A stretch of 64,000 nucleotides of DNA from Eledone cirrhosa (taxonomy: Eukaryota), in NCBI GenBank assembly GCA_964016885.1, contig OZ024741.1:237832001-237896000 (forward strand). Reading direction: 5' to 3'. The notes below the pieces were generated by a model. That model worked only from the letters and a program-made list of their open reading frames with translations. It did no database searches and was not told the origin of the DNA. The position numbers were made by a program, and so were the translations under genes. Below, one piece after another: positions 41,701 through 54,570 of this stretch; position 1 is the stretch's first letter, and each line of letters begins with the position of its first letter.

Positions 41701-44700
41701 GTGGTGATGGTATTGTTGGTATGGATGGTTGTGATGGTATTGTTGGTATGGATGGTAGTGATGGTAGTGATGGTATTGTTGGTATGGATGGTGGTGATAG
41801 TATTGTTGGTATGGATGGTGGTGATGGTATTGTTGGTATGGATGGTGGTGATGGTATTGTTGGTATGGATGGTTGTGATGGTATTGTTGGTATGGATGGT
41901 GGCAATGGTATTGTTGGTATGGATGGTGGTGATTTTATTGTTGGTATGGATGGTGGTGATGGTATTGTTGGTATGCCTGGTGGTGATGGTATTGTTGGTA
42001 TGGATGATGGTGATGGTATTGTTGGTATGGATGGTAGTGATGGTATTGTTGGTATGGATGATGGTGATGGTATTGTTGGTATGGATGGTGGTGTTGGTAT
42101 TGTTGGTATGGATGGTAGTGATGGTATTGTTGGTATGGATGATGGTGATGGTATTGTTGGTATGGATGGTGGTGTTGGTATTGTTGGTATGGATGGTAGT
42201 GATGGTATTGTTGGTATGGATGATGGTGATGGTATTGTTGGTATGGATGGTGGTGTTGGTATTGTTGGTATGGATGGTAGTGATGGTATTGTTGGTATGG
42301 ATGGTGGCAATGGTATTGTTGGTATGGATGGTGGTGATGTTATTGTTGGTATGGATGGTGGTGATGGTATTGTTGGTATGCCTGGTGGTGATGGTATTGT
42401 TGGTATGGATGATGGTGATGGTATTGTTGGTATGGATGGTAGTGATGGTATTGTTGGTATGGATGGTAGTGATGGTATTGTTGGTATGGATGGTGGTGAT
42501 GGTATTGTTGGTATGGATGGTTGTGATGGTATTGTTGGTATGCATGGTGGTGTTGGTATTGTTGGTATGGATGGTAGTGATGGTATTGTTGGTATGGATG
42601 GTGGTGATGGTATTGTTGGTATGGATGGTAGTGATGGTATTGTTGGTATGGATGGTGGTGATGGTATTGTTGGTATGGATGGTAGTGATGGTATTGTTGG
42701 TATGGATGGTAGTGATGGTATTGTTGGTATGCAAGGTGGTGATGGTATTGTTGGTATGGATGGTAGTGATGGTATTGTTGGTATGGATGGTGGTGATGGT
42801 ATTGTTGGTATGGATGGTGGTGATGGTATTGTTGGTATGGATGGTAGTGATGGTATTGTTGGTATGGATGGTAGTGATGGTATTGTTGGTATGCAAGGTG
42901 GTGATGGTATTGTTGGTATGGATGGTGGTGATGGTATTGTTGGTATGGATGGTTATGATGGTATTGTTGGTATGGATGGTGGTGATGGTATTATTGGTAT
43001 GGATGGTGGTGATGGTATTGTTGGTATGGATGGTGGTGATGGTATTGTTGTTATGGATGGTGGTGATGGTAGGTAGTATTGTTGGTATGGATGGTGGTGA
43101 TGGTATTGTTGGTATGGATGGTGGTGATGGTATTGTTGGTATGCATGGTGGTGATGGTATTGTTGGTATGGATGGTTGAGATGGTGTTGTGGTTGGTCTG
43201 GATGGTGGTGATGGTATTGTTGGTATGGATGGTGGCGATGGTATTGTTGGTATGGATGGTGGTGATGGTAGTGATGGTATGGATGATGGTGATGGTATTG
43301 TTGGTATGGATGGTGGTGATGGTATTGTTGGTATGGATGATGGTGATGGTATTGTTGGTATGGATGGTGGTGATGGTATTGTTGGTATGGATGGTGGTGA
43401 TAGTATTGATGGTATGGATGGTGGTGATGGTATTGTTGGTATGGATGATGGTGATGGTATTGTTGGTATGGATGGTGGTGATGGTATTGTTGGTATGCAT
43501 GGTGGTGATGTTATTGTTGGTATGGATGGTGGTTATGGTATTGTTGGTATGGATGGTGGTGATGGTATTGTTGGTATGGATGATGGTGATGGTATTGTTG
43601 GTATGGATGGTTGTGATGGTAGGTAGCATTGTTGGTATGGATGGTGGTGATGGTATTGTTGTTATGGATGGTGGTGATGGTAGGTAGTATTGTTGGTGTA
43701 GATGGTGAAGACGGTATTGTTGGTATGGATGGTGGTGATGGTATTGTTGTTATGGATGGTGGTGATGGTAGGTAGTATTGTTGGTATGGATGGTGGTGAT
43801 GATATTGTTGGTATGGATGATGGTGATGGTATTGTTGGTATGGATGGTTGAGATGGTGTTGTGGTTGGTCTGGATGGTGGTGATGGTATTGTTGGTATGG
43901 ATGGTGGCGATGGTATTGTTGGTATGGATGGTGGTGATGGTATTGTTGGTAAGGGTGGTGGTGATGGTATTGTTGGTATGGATGGTGGTGATGGTATTGT
44001 TGGTATGGATGGTATTGTTGGTATGGATGGTGGCGATGGTATTGTTGGTATGGATGGTGGTGATGGTATTGTTGGTATGGATGGTGGTGATGTTATTGTT
44101 AGTATGGGTGAAGGTGATGGTATTGTTGGTATGGATGGTATTGTTGGTATGGATGGTGGCGATGGTATTGTTGGTATGGATGGTGGTGATGTTATTGTTG
44201 GTATGGATGGTGGTGATGGTATTATTGGTATGGATGGTATTGTTGGTATGGATGGTGGTGATGGTATTGTTGGTAAGGGTGGTGGTGATGGTATTGTTGG
44301 TATGGATGAAGGTGATGGTATTGTTGGTATGGATGGTGGTGATGGTATTATTGGTATGGATGGTATTGTTGGTATGGATGGTGGTGATGGTATTGTTGGT
44401 AAGGGTGGTGGTGATGGTATTGTTGGTATGGATGAAGGTGATGGTATTGTTGGTATGGATGGTGGTGATGGTATTGTTGGTATGGATGGTTGTGATGGTA
44501 TTGTTGGTATGGATGGTTGTGATGGTATTTTTGGTATGGATGATGGTGATGTTATTGTTGGTATGGATGGTGGTGATGGTATTGTTGGTATGGATGGTGG
44601 TGATGGTAGTGATGGTATTGTTGGTATGGATGGTGGTGATAGTATTGTTGGTATGGATGATGGTGATGGTATTGTTGGTATGGATGGTGGTGATGGTATT

Positions 44701-47700
44701 GTTGGTATGGATGGTTGTGATGGTATTGTTGGTATGGATGGTAGTGATGGTAGTGATGGTATTGTTGGTATGGATGGTGGTGATAGTATTGTTGGTATGG
44801 ATGATGGTGATGGTATTGTTGGTATGGATGGTGGTGATGGTATTGTTGGTATGGATGGTGGTGATGGTATTGTTGGTATGGATGGTTGTGATGGTATTGT
44901 TGGTATGGATGGTGGCAATGGTATTGTTGGTATGGATGGTGGTGATTTTATTGTTGGTATGGATGGTGGTGATGGTATTGTTGGTATGCCTGGTGGTGAT
45001 GGTATTGTTGGTATGGATGATGGTGATGGTATTGTTGGTATGGATGGTAGTGATGGTATTGTTGGTATGGATGATGGTGATGGTATTGTTGGTATGGATG
45101 GTGGTGTTGGTATTGTTGGTATGGATGGTAGTGATGGTATTGTTGGTATGGATGATGGTGATGGTATTGTTGGTATGGATGGTGGTGTTGGTATTGTTGG
45201 TATGGATGGTAGTGATGGTATTGTTGGTATGGATGATGGTGATGGTATTGTTGGTATGGATGGTGGTGTTGGTATTGTTGGTATGGATGGTAGTGATGGT
45301 ATTGTTGGTATGGATGGTGGCAATGGTATTGTTGGTATGGATGGTGGTGATGTTATTGTTGGTATGGATGGTGGTGATGGTATTGTTGGTATGCCTGGTG
45401 GTGATGGTATTGTTGGTATGGATGATGGTGATGGTATTGTTGGTATGGATGGTAGTGATGGTATTGTTGGTATGGATGGTAGTGATGGTATTGTTGGTAT
45501 GGATGGTGGTGATGGTATTGTTGGTATGGATGGTTGTGATGGTATTGTTGGTATGCATGGTGGTTTTGGTATTGTTGGTATGGATGGTAGTGATGGTATT
45601 GTTGGTATGGATGGTGGCAATGGTATTGTTGGTATGGATGGTGGTGATGTTATTGTTGGTATGGATGGTGGTGATGGTATTGTTGGTATGGATGGTGGTG
45701 ATGGTATTGTTGGTATGCCTGGTGGTGATGGTATTGTTGGTATGGATGATGGTGATGGTATTGTTGGTATGGATGGTAGTGATGGTATTGTTGGTATGGA
45801 TGGTAGTGATGGTATTGTTGGTATGGATGGTGGTGATGGTATTGTTGGTATGGATGGTTGTGATGGTATTGTTGGTATGCATGGTGGTGATGGTATTGTT
45901 GGTATGGATGATGGTGATGGTATTGTTGGTATGGATGGTGGTGATGGTATTGTTGGTATGGATGGTAGAGATGGTATTGTTGGTATGGATGATGGTGATG
46001 GTATTGTTGGTATGGATGGTGGTGATGGTATTGTTGGTATGGATGGTTGTGATGGTATTGTTGGTATGGATGGTAGAGATGGTATTGTTGGTATGGATGG
46101 TGGTGATGGTATTGTTGGTATGGATGGTTGTGATGGTATTGTTGGTATGGATGGTAGAGATGGTATTGTTGGTATGGATGGTTGTGATGGTATTGTTGGT
46201 ATGGATGGTGGTGATGGTATTGTTGGTATGGATGGTGGTGATGGTATTGTTGGTATGGATGGTAGAGATGGTATTGTTGGTATGGATGGTGGTGATGGTA
46301 TTGTTGGTATGGATGGTTGTGATGGTATTGTTGGTATGGATGGTAGAGATGGTATTGTTGGTATGGAGGGTGGTGATGGTATTGTTGGTATGGATGGTTG
46401 TGATGGTATTGTTGGTATGGATGGTGGTGATGGTATTGTTGGTATGGATGGTAGGGATGGTATTGTTGGTATGCATGGTGGTGATGGTATTGTTGGTATG
46501 GATGATGGTGATGGTATTGTTGGTATGGATGATGGTGATGGTATTGTTGTTATGGATGATGGGGATGGTATTGTTGGTATGGATGGTGGTGATGGTATTG
46601 TTGGTATGGATGGTGGTGATGGTATTGTTGGTATGCATGGTGGTGATGGTATTGTTGGTATGTATGGTGGTGATGGTATTGTTGGTATGGATGGTAGTGA
46701 TGGTATTGTTGGTATGGATGATGGTGATGGTATTGTTGGTATGGATGGTGGTGATGGTATTGTTGGTATGGATGATGGTGATGGTATTGTTGGTATGGAT
46801 GGTGGTGATGGTATTGTTGGTATGCATGTTTGTGATGGTATTGTTGGTATGGATGGTGGCGATGGTATTGTTGGTATGGATGGTGGTGATGGTATTGTTG
46901 GTATGCATGGTGGTGATGTTGGTATTGTTGGTATGGATGGTGGTGATGGTATTGTTGGTATGGATGGTGGTGATGGTATTGTTGGTATGGATGGTGGCGA
47001 TTGTATTGTCGGTATGGATGGTGGTGATGGTATTGTTGGTAAGGGTGGTGGTGATGGTATTGTTGGTATGGATGGTGGTGATGGTATTGTTGGTATGGAT
47101 GGTTGAGATGGTATTGTTGGTTTGGATGGTGGTGATGGTATTGTTGGTATGGATGGTGGTGATGGTATTGTTGGTATGGATGGTAGTGATGGTATTGTTG
47201 GTATGGATGGTAGTGATGGTATTGTTGGTATGGATGGTGGTGATGGTATTGTTGGTATGCATGGTGGTGATGGTATTGTTGGTATGGATGGTGGTGATGG
47301 TATTGTTGGTATGGATGGTGGCGATAGTATTGTTGGTATGGATTGTGGTGATGTTATTGTTGGTATGGATGGTGGTGATGGTATTGTTGGTATGGATGGT
47401 GAAGGCGGTATTGTTGGTATGGATGGTGGTGATGGTATTGTTGGTATGGATGGTGGTGATGTTATTGTTGGTATGGATGGTGGTGATGTTATTGTTGGTA
47501 TGGATGGTGGTGATGGTATTGTTGGTATGGATGGTTGTGATGGTATTGTTGGTATGCATGGTGGTGTTGGTATTGTTGGTATGGATGGTAGTGATGGTAT
47601 TGTTGGTATGGATGGTAGAGATGGTATTGTTGGTGTGGATTGTAGATGGTATTGTTTGTATGAAAGCTAGATGGTGGTGATGGTATTGGTGGTATGGATG

Positions 47701-50700
47701 GTGGTGATGGCATTGTTAGTATGGATGGTAGAGATGGTATTGTTGGTTTGGATTGTAGATGGTATTGTTGGTTTGAATGGTGGTGATGGTATTGTTGGTA
47801 TGGATGGTGGTGATGTTATTGTTGATATGGATGGTGGTGATGGTATTGTTGGTATGGATGGTTGATGGTATTGTTGGTATGGATGGTAGTGATGGTATTG
47901 TTGGTATGGATGGTGGTGATAGTATTGTCGGTATGGATGGTGGTGATAGTATTGTCGGTATGGATGGTGGTGATGGTATTGTTGGTATGGATGGTGGTGT
48001 TGGTATTGTTGGTATGGATGGTGGCGACGGTATTGTTGGTTTGGATGGTGGTGATGGTATTGTTGGTATGGATGGTGGTGATGGTATTGTTGGTATGGAT
48101 GATGGTGATGGTATTGTTGGTATGGATGGTAGAGATGGTATTGTTGGTTTGGATGGTGGCGACAGTATTGTTGGTATGGATGGTGGTGATGGTATTGTTG
48201 GTATGCATGGTGGTGATGGTATTGTTGGTATGGATGGTGGTGATGGTATTGTTGGTATGGATGGTAGAGATGGTATTGTTGGTTTGGATGGTGGCGACAG
48301 TATTGTTGGTATGGATGGTGGTGATGGTATTGTTGGTATGGATGGTAGAGATTGTATTGTTGGTTTGGATTGTAGATGGTATTGTTGGTATGAAAGCTAG
48401 ATGGTGGTGATGGTATTGGTGGTATGGATGGTGGTGATGGTATTGTTGGTATGGATGGTGGTGATGGTATTGTTGGTACGGATGGTTGTGATGGTATTGT
48501 TGGTATGGATGATGGTGATGGTATTGTTGGTATGGATGGTGGTGATGGTATTGTTAGTATGGATGGTGGTGATGGTATTGTTGGTGTGGATGGTGGTGAT
48601 GGTAGTGTTGGTATGGATGGTGGTGATGGTATTGTTGGTATGGATAGTGGTGATGGTATTGTTGTTAAGGATGGTAGATGGTATTGTTGGTATGGATGTT
48701 GGTGATGGTATTGTTGGTATGGATGGTAGATGGTATTGTTGGTTTGGATGGTGGTGATGGTATTGTTGGTTTGGATGGTGGTGAAGGTATTGTTGGTATG
48801 GATGGTGGTGATGGTATTGTTGGTATGGATGGTGGTGATGGTATTGTTGGTATTGATAGTGGTGATGGTATTGTTGTTAAGGATGGTAGATGGTATTGTT
48901 GGTATGGATGGTGGTGATAGTATTGTTGGTATGGATGGTGGTGATGGTATTGTTGGTTTGGATGGTGGTGAAGGTATTGTTGGTATGGATGGTGGTGATG
49001 GTATTGTTGGTATGGATGGTGGTGATGGTGTTGTTGGTATGGATAGTGGTGATGGTATTGTTGGTATGGATGGTAGAGATGGTATTGTTGGTATGGATGG
49101 TGGTGATGGTGTTGTTGGTATGGATAGTGGTGATGGTATTGTTGGTAAGGGTGGTGGTGTTGGTATTGCTGGTAAGGGTGGTGGTGATGGTATTGTTGGT
49201 ATGGATGGTGGTGATGGTATTATTGGTATGGATGGTGGTGATGGTATTGTGGGTATGGATGTTGGTGATGGTTTTGTTGGTATGGATGGTAGTGATGGTA
49301 TTGTTGGTAAGGGTGGTGGTGTTGGTATTGTTGGTATGGATGGTGGTGATGGTATTGTTGGTATGGATGGTGGTGATGGTATTGTTCGTATGGATGGTAG
49401 TGATGGTATTGTTGGTAAGGGTGGTGGTGTTGGTATTGTTGGTTTGGATGGTGGTGATGGTATTGTTGGTATGGATGGTGGTGATGGCATTGTTGGTATG
49501 GATGGTGGTGATGGCATTGTTGGTATGGATGGTGGTGATGGTATTGTTGGTATGGATGGTGGTGATGGTATTGTTGGTATGGATGGTTGATGGTATTGTT
49601 GGTATGGATGGTGGTGATGGTATTGTTGGTTTGGATGGTGGTGATGGTGTTGTTGGTATGGATAGTGGTGATGGTATTGTTGGTATGGATGGTGGTGATG
49701 GTATTGTTGGTAAGGGTGGTGGTGATGGTATTGTTGGTATGGATGGTGGTGATGGTATTGTTGGTATGGATGGTTATGACGGTATTGTGGGTATGGATGT
49801 TGGTGATGGTATTGTTGGTATGGATGATGGTGATGGTATTGTTGGTATGGATGGTGGTATTGTTGGTATGGATGGTGGTGATGGTATTGTTGTTATGGAT
49901 GGTGGTGATGGTATTGTTGGTATGGATGGTAGAGATGGTATTGTTGGTATGGATGGTGGTGATGGCGTTGTTGGTATGGATAGTGGTGATGGTATTGTTG
50001 GTATGGAAGGTAGTGATGGTATTGTTCGTACGGATGGTAGTGATGGTATTGTTGGTATGGATGGTGGTGATGGTATTGTTGGTATGGATGGTGGTGATGG
50101 TGTTGTTGGTATGGATGGTGGTGATGTTATTGTTGGTATGGATGGTGGTGATGGTATTGTTGGTAAGGGTGGTGGTGATAGTATTGTTGGTATGGATGGT
50201 GGTGATGGTATTGTTGGTATGGATGGTAGTGATGGTATTGTTGGTATGGATGGTGGTGATGGTATTATTGGTATGGATGGTGGTGATGGTATTGTTGGTA
50301 CGGATGGTGGTGATGGTATTGTTGGTATGGATGGTGGTGATGGTATTGTTGGTAAGGATGGTGGTGATGGTATTGTTGGTACGGATGGTGGTGATGGTAT
50401 TGTTGGTATGGATGGTAGAGATGGTATTGTTGGTATGGATGGTAGAGATTGTATTGTTGGTAAGGATGGTGGTGATGGTATTATTGGTATGGATGGTAGT
50501 GATGGTATTGTTGGCATGGATGGTGGTGATGGTATTGTTGGTATGGATGATGGTGATGGTATTGTTGGTATGGATGGTAGTGATGGTATTGTTGGTATGG
50601 ATGGTGGTGATGGTATTGTTGGTATGGATGGTGGTGATGGTATTGTTGGTATGGATGATGGTGATGGTAGTGTTGGTATGGATGGTAGTGATGGTATTGT

Positions 50701-51870
50701 TGGTATGGATGGTAGGGATGGTAGTGTTGGTAAGGATGGTGGTGATGGTATTATTGGTATGGATGGTAGTGATGGTAGTGTTGGTATGGATGGTAGTGAT
50801 GGTATTGTTGGTATGGATGGTAGGGATGGTAGTGTTGGTAAGGATGGTGGTGATGGTATTGTTGGTACGGATGGTGGTGATGGTATTGTTGGTAAGGATG
50901 GTGGTGATGGTATTATTGGTATGGATGATGGTGATGGTATTGTTGGTATGGATGGTGGTGATGGTATTGTTGGTATGGATGGTGGTGATGGTATTATTGG
51001 TATGGATGATGGTGATGGTATTGTTGGTATGGATGGTGGTGATGGTATTGTTGGTATGGATGGTGGTGATGGTGTTGTTGGTATGGATGGTGGTGATGGT
51101 ATTGTTGGTATGGATGGTGGTGATGGTATTGTTGGTATGGATGGTGGTGATGGTATTGTTGGTATGGATGGTGGTGATGGTATTGTTGGTATGGATGGTG
51201 GTGATGGTATTGTTGGTATGGATGATGGTGATGGTATTGTTGGTATGGATGGTGGTGATGGTATTGTTGGTAAGGGTGGTGGCGATAGTATTGTTGGTAT
51301 GGATGGTGGTGATGGTATTGTTGGTATGGATGGTAGAGATGGTATTGTTGGTATGGATGGTGGTGATGGTATTGTTGGTATGGATGGTGGTGATGGTATT
51401 GTTGGTATGGATGATGGTGATGGTATTGTTGGTATGGATGGTGGTGATGGTATTGTTGGTATGGGTGAAGGTGATGGTATAGTTGGTATGGATGGTGGTG
51501 ATGGTATTGTTGGTATGGATGGTGGTGATGGTATTGGTGGTATGGATGGTGGTGATGGCATTGTTGGTATGGATGGTAGATGTAATTGTTGGTTTGGATG
51601 GTGGTGATGGTATTGTTGGTATGGATGGTACAGATGGTATTGTTGGTATGGATGGTAGATGGTATTGTTGGTATGGATGGTATGGATTGTATTGTTGGTA
51701 TGGATGGTGGTGATGGTATTGTTGGTATAGATGGTGAAAACGGTATTGTTGTTATGGATGGTGGTGATGGTATTGTTGGTATGGATGGTGGTGATGGTAT
51801 TGTTGGTTTGCATGGTAGATGGTATTGTTGGTTTGGATGGTGGTGATGGTATTGTTGGTATGGATGGTGG
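20721..51870. repeat. Sub-array 2: 27-bp unit GGTATTGTTGGTATGGATGGTGGTGAT, roughly 1,100-1,150 units (estimated from length)
   Basis: Direct reading. Variants are mostly single substitutions in the GGT-GGT triplets, 9-bp indels and a recurrent 7-bp AGGTAGT insertion. Confidence 0.98.
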
Positions 51871-52180
51871 TGATGGTAGATGGTATTGTTGGTATGGATG
51901 GTAGAGATGGTATTGTTAGTTTGGATTGTAGATGGTATTGTTGGTTTGGATGGTAGATGGTATTGTTGGTATGGATGGTAGATGGTATTGTTGGTATGGA
52001 TGGTAGATGGTATTGTTGGTATGGATGGTAGATGGTATTGTTGGTATGGATGGTAGATGGTATTGTTGATATGAAAGGTAGATGGTATTGTTGGTTTGGA
52101 TGGTAGATGGTATTGTTGATATGAAAGGTAGATGGTATTGTTGGTATGGATGGTAGATGGTATTGCTGGTATGGATGGTA
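51870..52180. repeat. Sub-array 3: 25-bp unit GGTATTGTTGGTATGGATGGTAGAT
   Basis: TATTG recurs at 51961, 51986 and 52011. Confidence 0.9.
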
Positions 52181-52278
52181 GAAGGTATAGATGGAAATGA
52201 ATGGCAGTGACAGTGTTGCTACTACTCATCTTAGTGAATGGTCTGGTATGCATGTTAAAGTCAGTTTTGTTGTTATAG

Positions 52279-54570
52279 ATGGTAGTGATGGTATTGTGGT
52301 TGATGTGGGTGGTAGTGATGGTGTTGTGGTTGATGTGGGTGGTAGTGATGGTGTTGTGGTTGATGTGGGTGGTAGTGATGGTGTTGTGGTTGATGTGGGT
52401 GGTAGTGATGGTGTTGTGGTTGATGTGGGTGGTAGTGATATTGTTGTGGTTGATGTGGGTGGTAGTGATGGTGTTGTGGTTGATGTGGGTGGTAGTGATG
52501 GTGTTGTGGTTGATGTGGGTGGTAGTGATGGTGTTGTGGTTGATGTGGGTGGTAGTGATGGTGTTGTGGTTGATGTGGGTGATAGTGATGGTGTTGTGGT
52601 TGATGTGGGTGATAGTGATGGTGTTGTGGTTGATGTGGGTGATAGTGATGGTGTTGTGGTTGATGTGGGTGGTAGTGATGGTATTGTGGTTGATGTGGGT
52701 GGTAGTGATATTGTTGTGGTTGATGTGGGTGGTAGTGATGGTGTTGTGGTTGATGTGGGTGGTAGTGATGGTGTTGTGGTTGATGTGGGTGGTAGTGATG
52801 GTGTTGTGTTTGATGTGGGTTGTAGTGATGGTGTTGTGGTTGATGTGGGTGGTAGTGATGGTGTTGTGGTTGATGTGGGTGATAGTGATGGTGTTGTGGT
52901 TGATGTGGGTGGTAGTGATATTGTTGTGGTTGATGTGGGTGGTAGTGATGGTGTTGTGGTTGATGTGGGTGGTAGTGATGGTGTTGTGGTTGATGTGGGT
53001 GGTAGTGATGGTGTTGTGGTTGATGTGGGTGGAGGTGATGGTGTTGTGGTTGATGTGGGTGGTAGTGATGGTGTTGTGGTTGATGTGGGTGGTAGTGATG
53101 GTGTTGTGTTTGATGTGGGTGGTAGTGATGGTGTTGTGGTTGATGTGGGTGGTAGTGATGGTGTTGTGTTTGATGTGGGTGGTAGTGATGGTGTTGTGGT
53201 TGATGTGGGTGGTAGTGATGGTGTTGTGGTTGATGTGGGTGGTAGTGATATTGTTGTGGTTGATGTGGGTGGTAGTGATGGTGTTGAGGTTGATGTGGGT
53301 GGTAGTGATGGTGTTGTGGTTGATGTGGGTGGTTGTGATGGTGTTGTGGTTGATGTGGGTGGTAGTGATGGTGTTGTGGTTGATGTGGGTGGTAGTGATG
53401 GTGTTGTGGTTGATGTGGGTGGTTGTGAATGTGTTGTGGTTGATGTGGGTGGTAGTGATGGTGTTGTGGTAGATGTGGGTGGTAGTGATGGTGTTGTGGT
53501 TGATGTGGGTGGTAGTGATGGTGTTGTGGTTGATGTGGGTGGTAGTGATGGTGTTGTGTTTGATGTGGGTGGTAGTGATCGTGTTGTGGTTGATGTGGGT
53601 GGTAGTGATGGTGTTGTGGTTGATGTGGGTGGTTGTGATGGTGTTGTGGTTGACGTGGGTGGTTGTGATGGTGTTGTGGTTGATGTGGATGGTAGTGATG
53701 GTGTTCTGGTTGATGTGGGTGGTAGTGACGTTGTTGAGGTTGATGTGGGTGGTAGTGATGGTATTGTGGTTGATGTGGGTGGTTGTGAATGTGTTGTGGT
53801 TGATGTGGGTGGTAGTGATGGTGTTGTGGTTGATGTGGGTGGTTGTGATGGTGTTGTGGTTGACGTGGGTGGTTGTGATGGTGTTGTGGTTGATGTGGAT
53901 GGTAGTGATGGTGTTCTGGTTGATGTGGGTGGTAGTGACGTTGTTGAGGTTGATGTGGGTGGTAGTGATGGTATTGTGGTTGATGTGGGTGGTTGTGAAT
54001 GTGTTGTGGTTGATGTGGGTGGTAGTGATGGTGTTGTGGTAGATGTGGGTGGTAGTGATGGTGTTGTGGTTGATGTGGGTGGTAGTGATGGTGTTGTGGT
54101 TGATGTGGATGGTAGTGATGGTGTTGTGGTTGATGTGGGTGGTAGTGATGGTGTTGTGGTTGATGTGGGTGGTAGTGATGGTGTTGTGGTTGATGTGGAT
54201 GGCAGTGATGGTGTTGTGGTTGATGTGGGTGGTAGTGATGGTGTTGTGGTTGATGTGGATGGTTGTGATGGTGTTGTGGTTGATGTGGGTGGTAGTGATG
54301 GTGTTGTGGTTGATGTGCGTGGTAGTGATCGTGTTGTGGTTGATGTGGGTGGTAGCGATGGTGTTGTGGTTGATGTGGGTGGTAGTGATGGTGTTGTGGT
54401 TGATGTGGGTGGTAGTGATGGTGTTGTGGGTGGTAGTGATGGTGTTGTGGTTGATGTGGGTGGTAGTGATGGTGTTGTGGTTGATGTGGGTGGTAGTGAT
54501 GGTGTTGTGGTTGATGTGGGTGGTAGTGATGGTGTTGTGGTTGATGTGGGTGGTAGTGATGGTGTTGTGG
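52279..54570. repeat. Sub-array 4: 30-bp unit GGTAGTGATGGTGTTGTGGTTGATGTGGGT, about 76 copies
   Basis: Units align in columns across the 60-nt lines. There is one 21-bp short unit at ~54420. Confidence 0.97.

Noticed and set aside
20587-52253. Dozens of 200-1300 aa ORFs (GIVGMDGGD, VMVLLVWMV, HTNNTITTI, PSIPTIPSP) as annotated CDS
   Set aside because: They overlap in up to five frames, have no unique domains, and are broken by amplified 7-bp insertions, 25-bp units and stop variants. They are explained by a stop-free 27-bp unit and kept only as a hypothesis in the findings.
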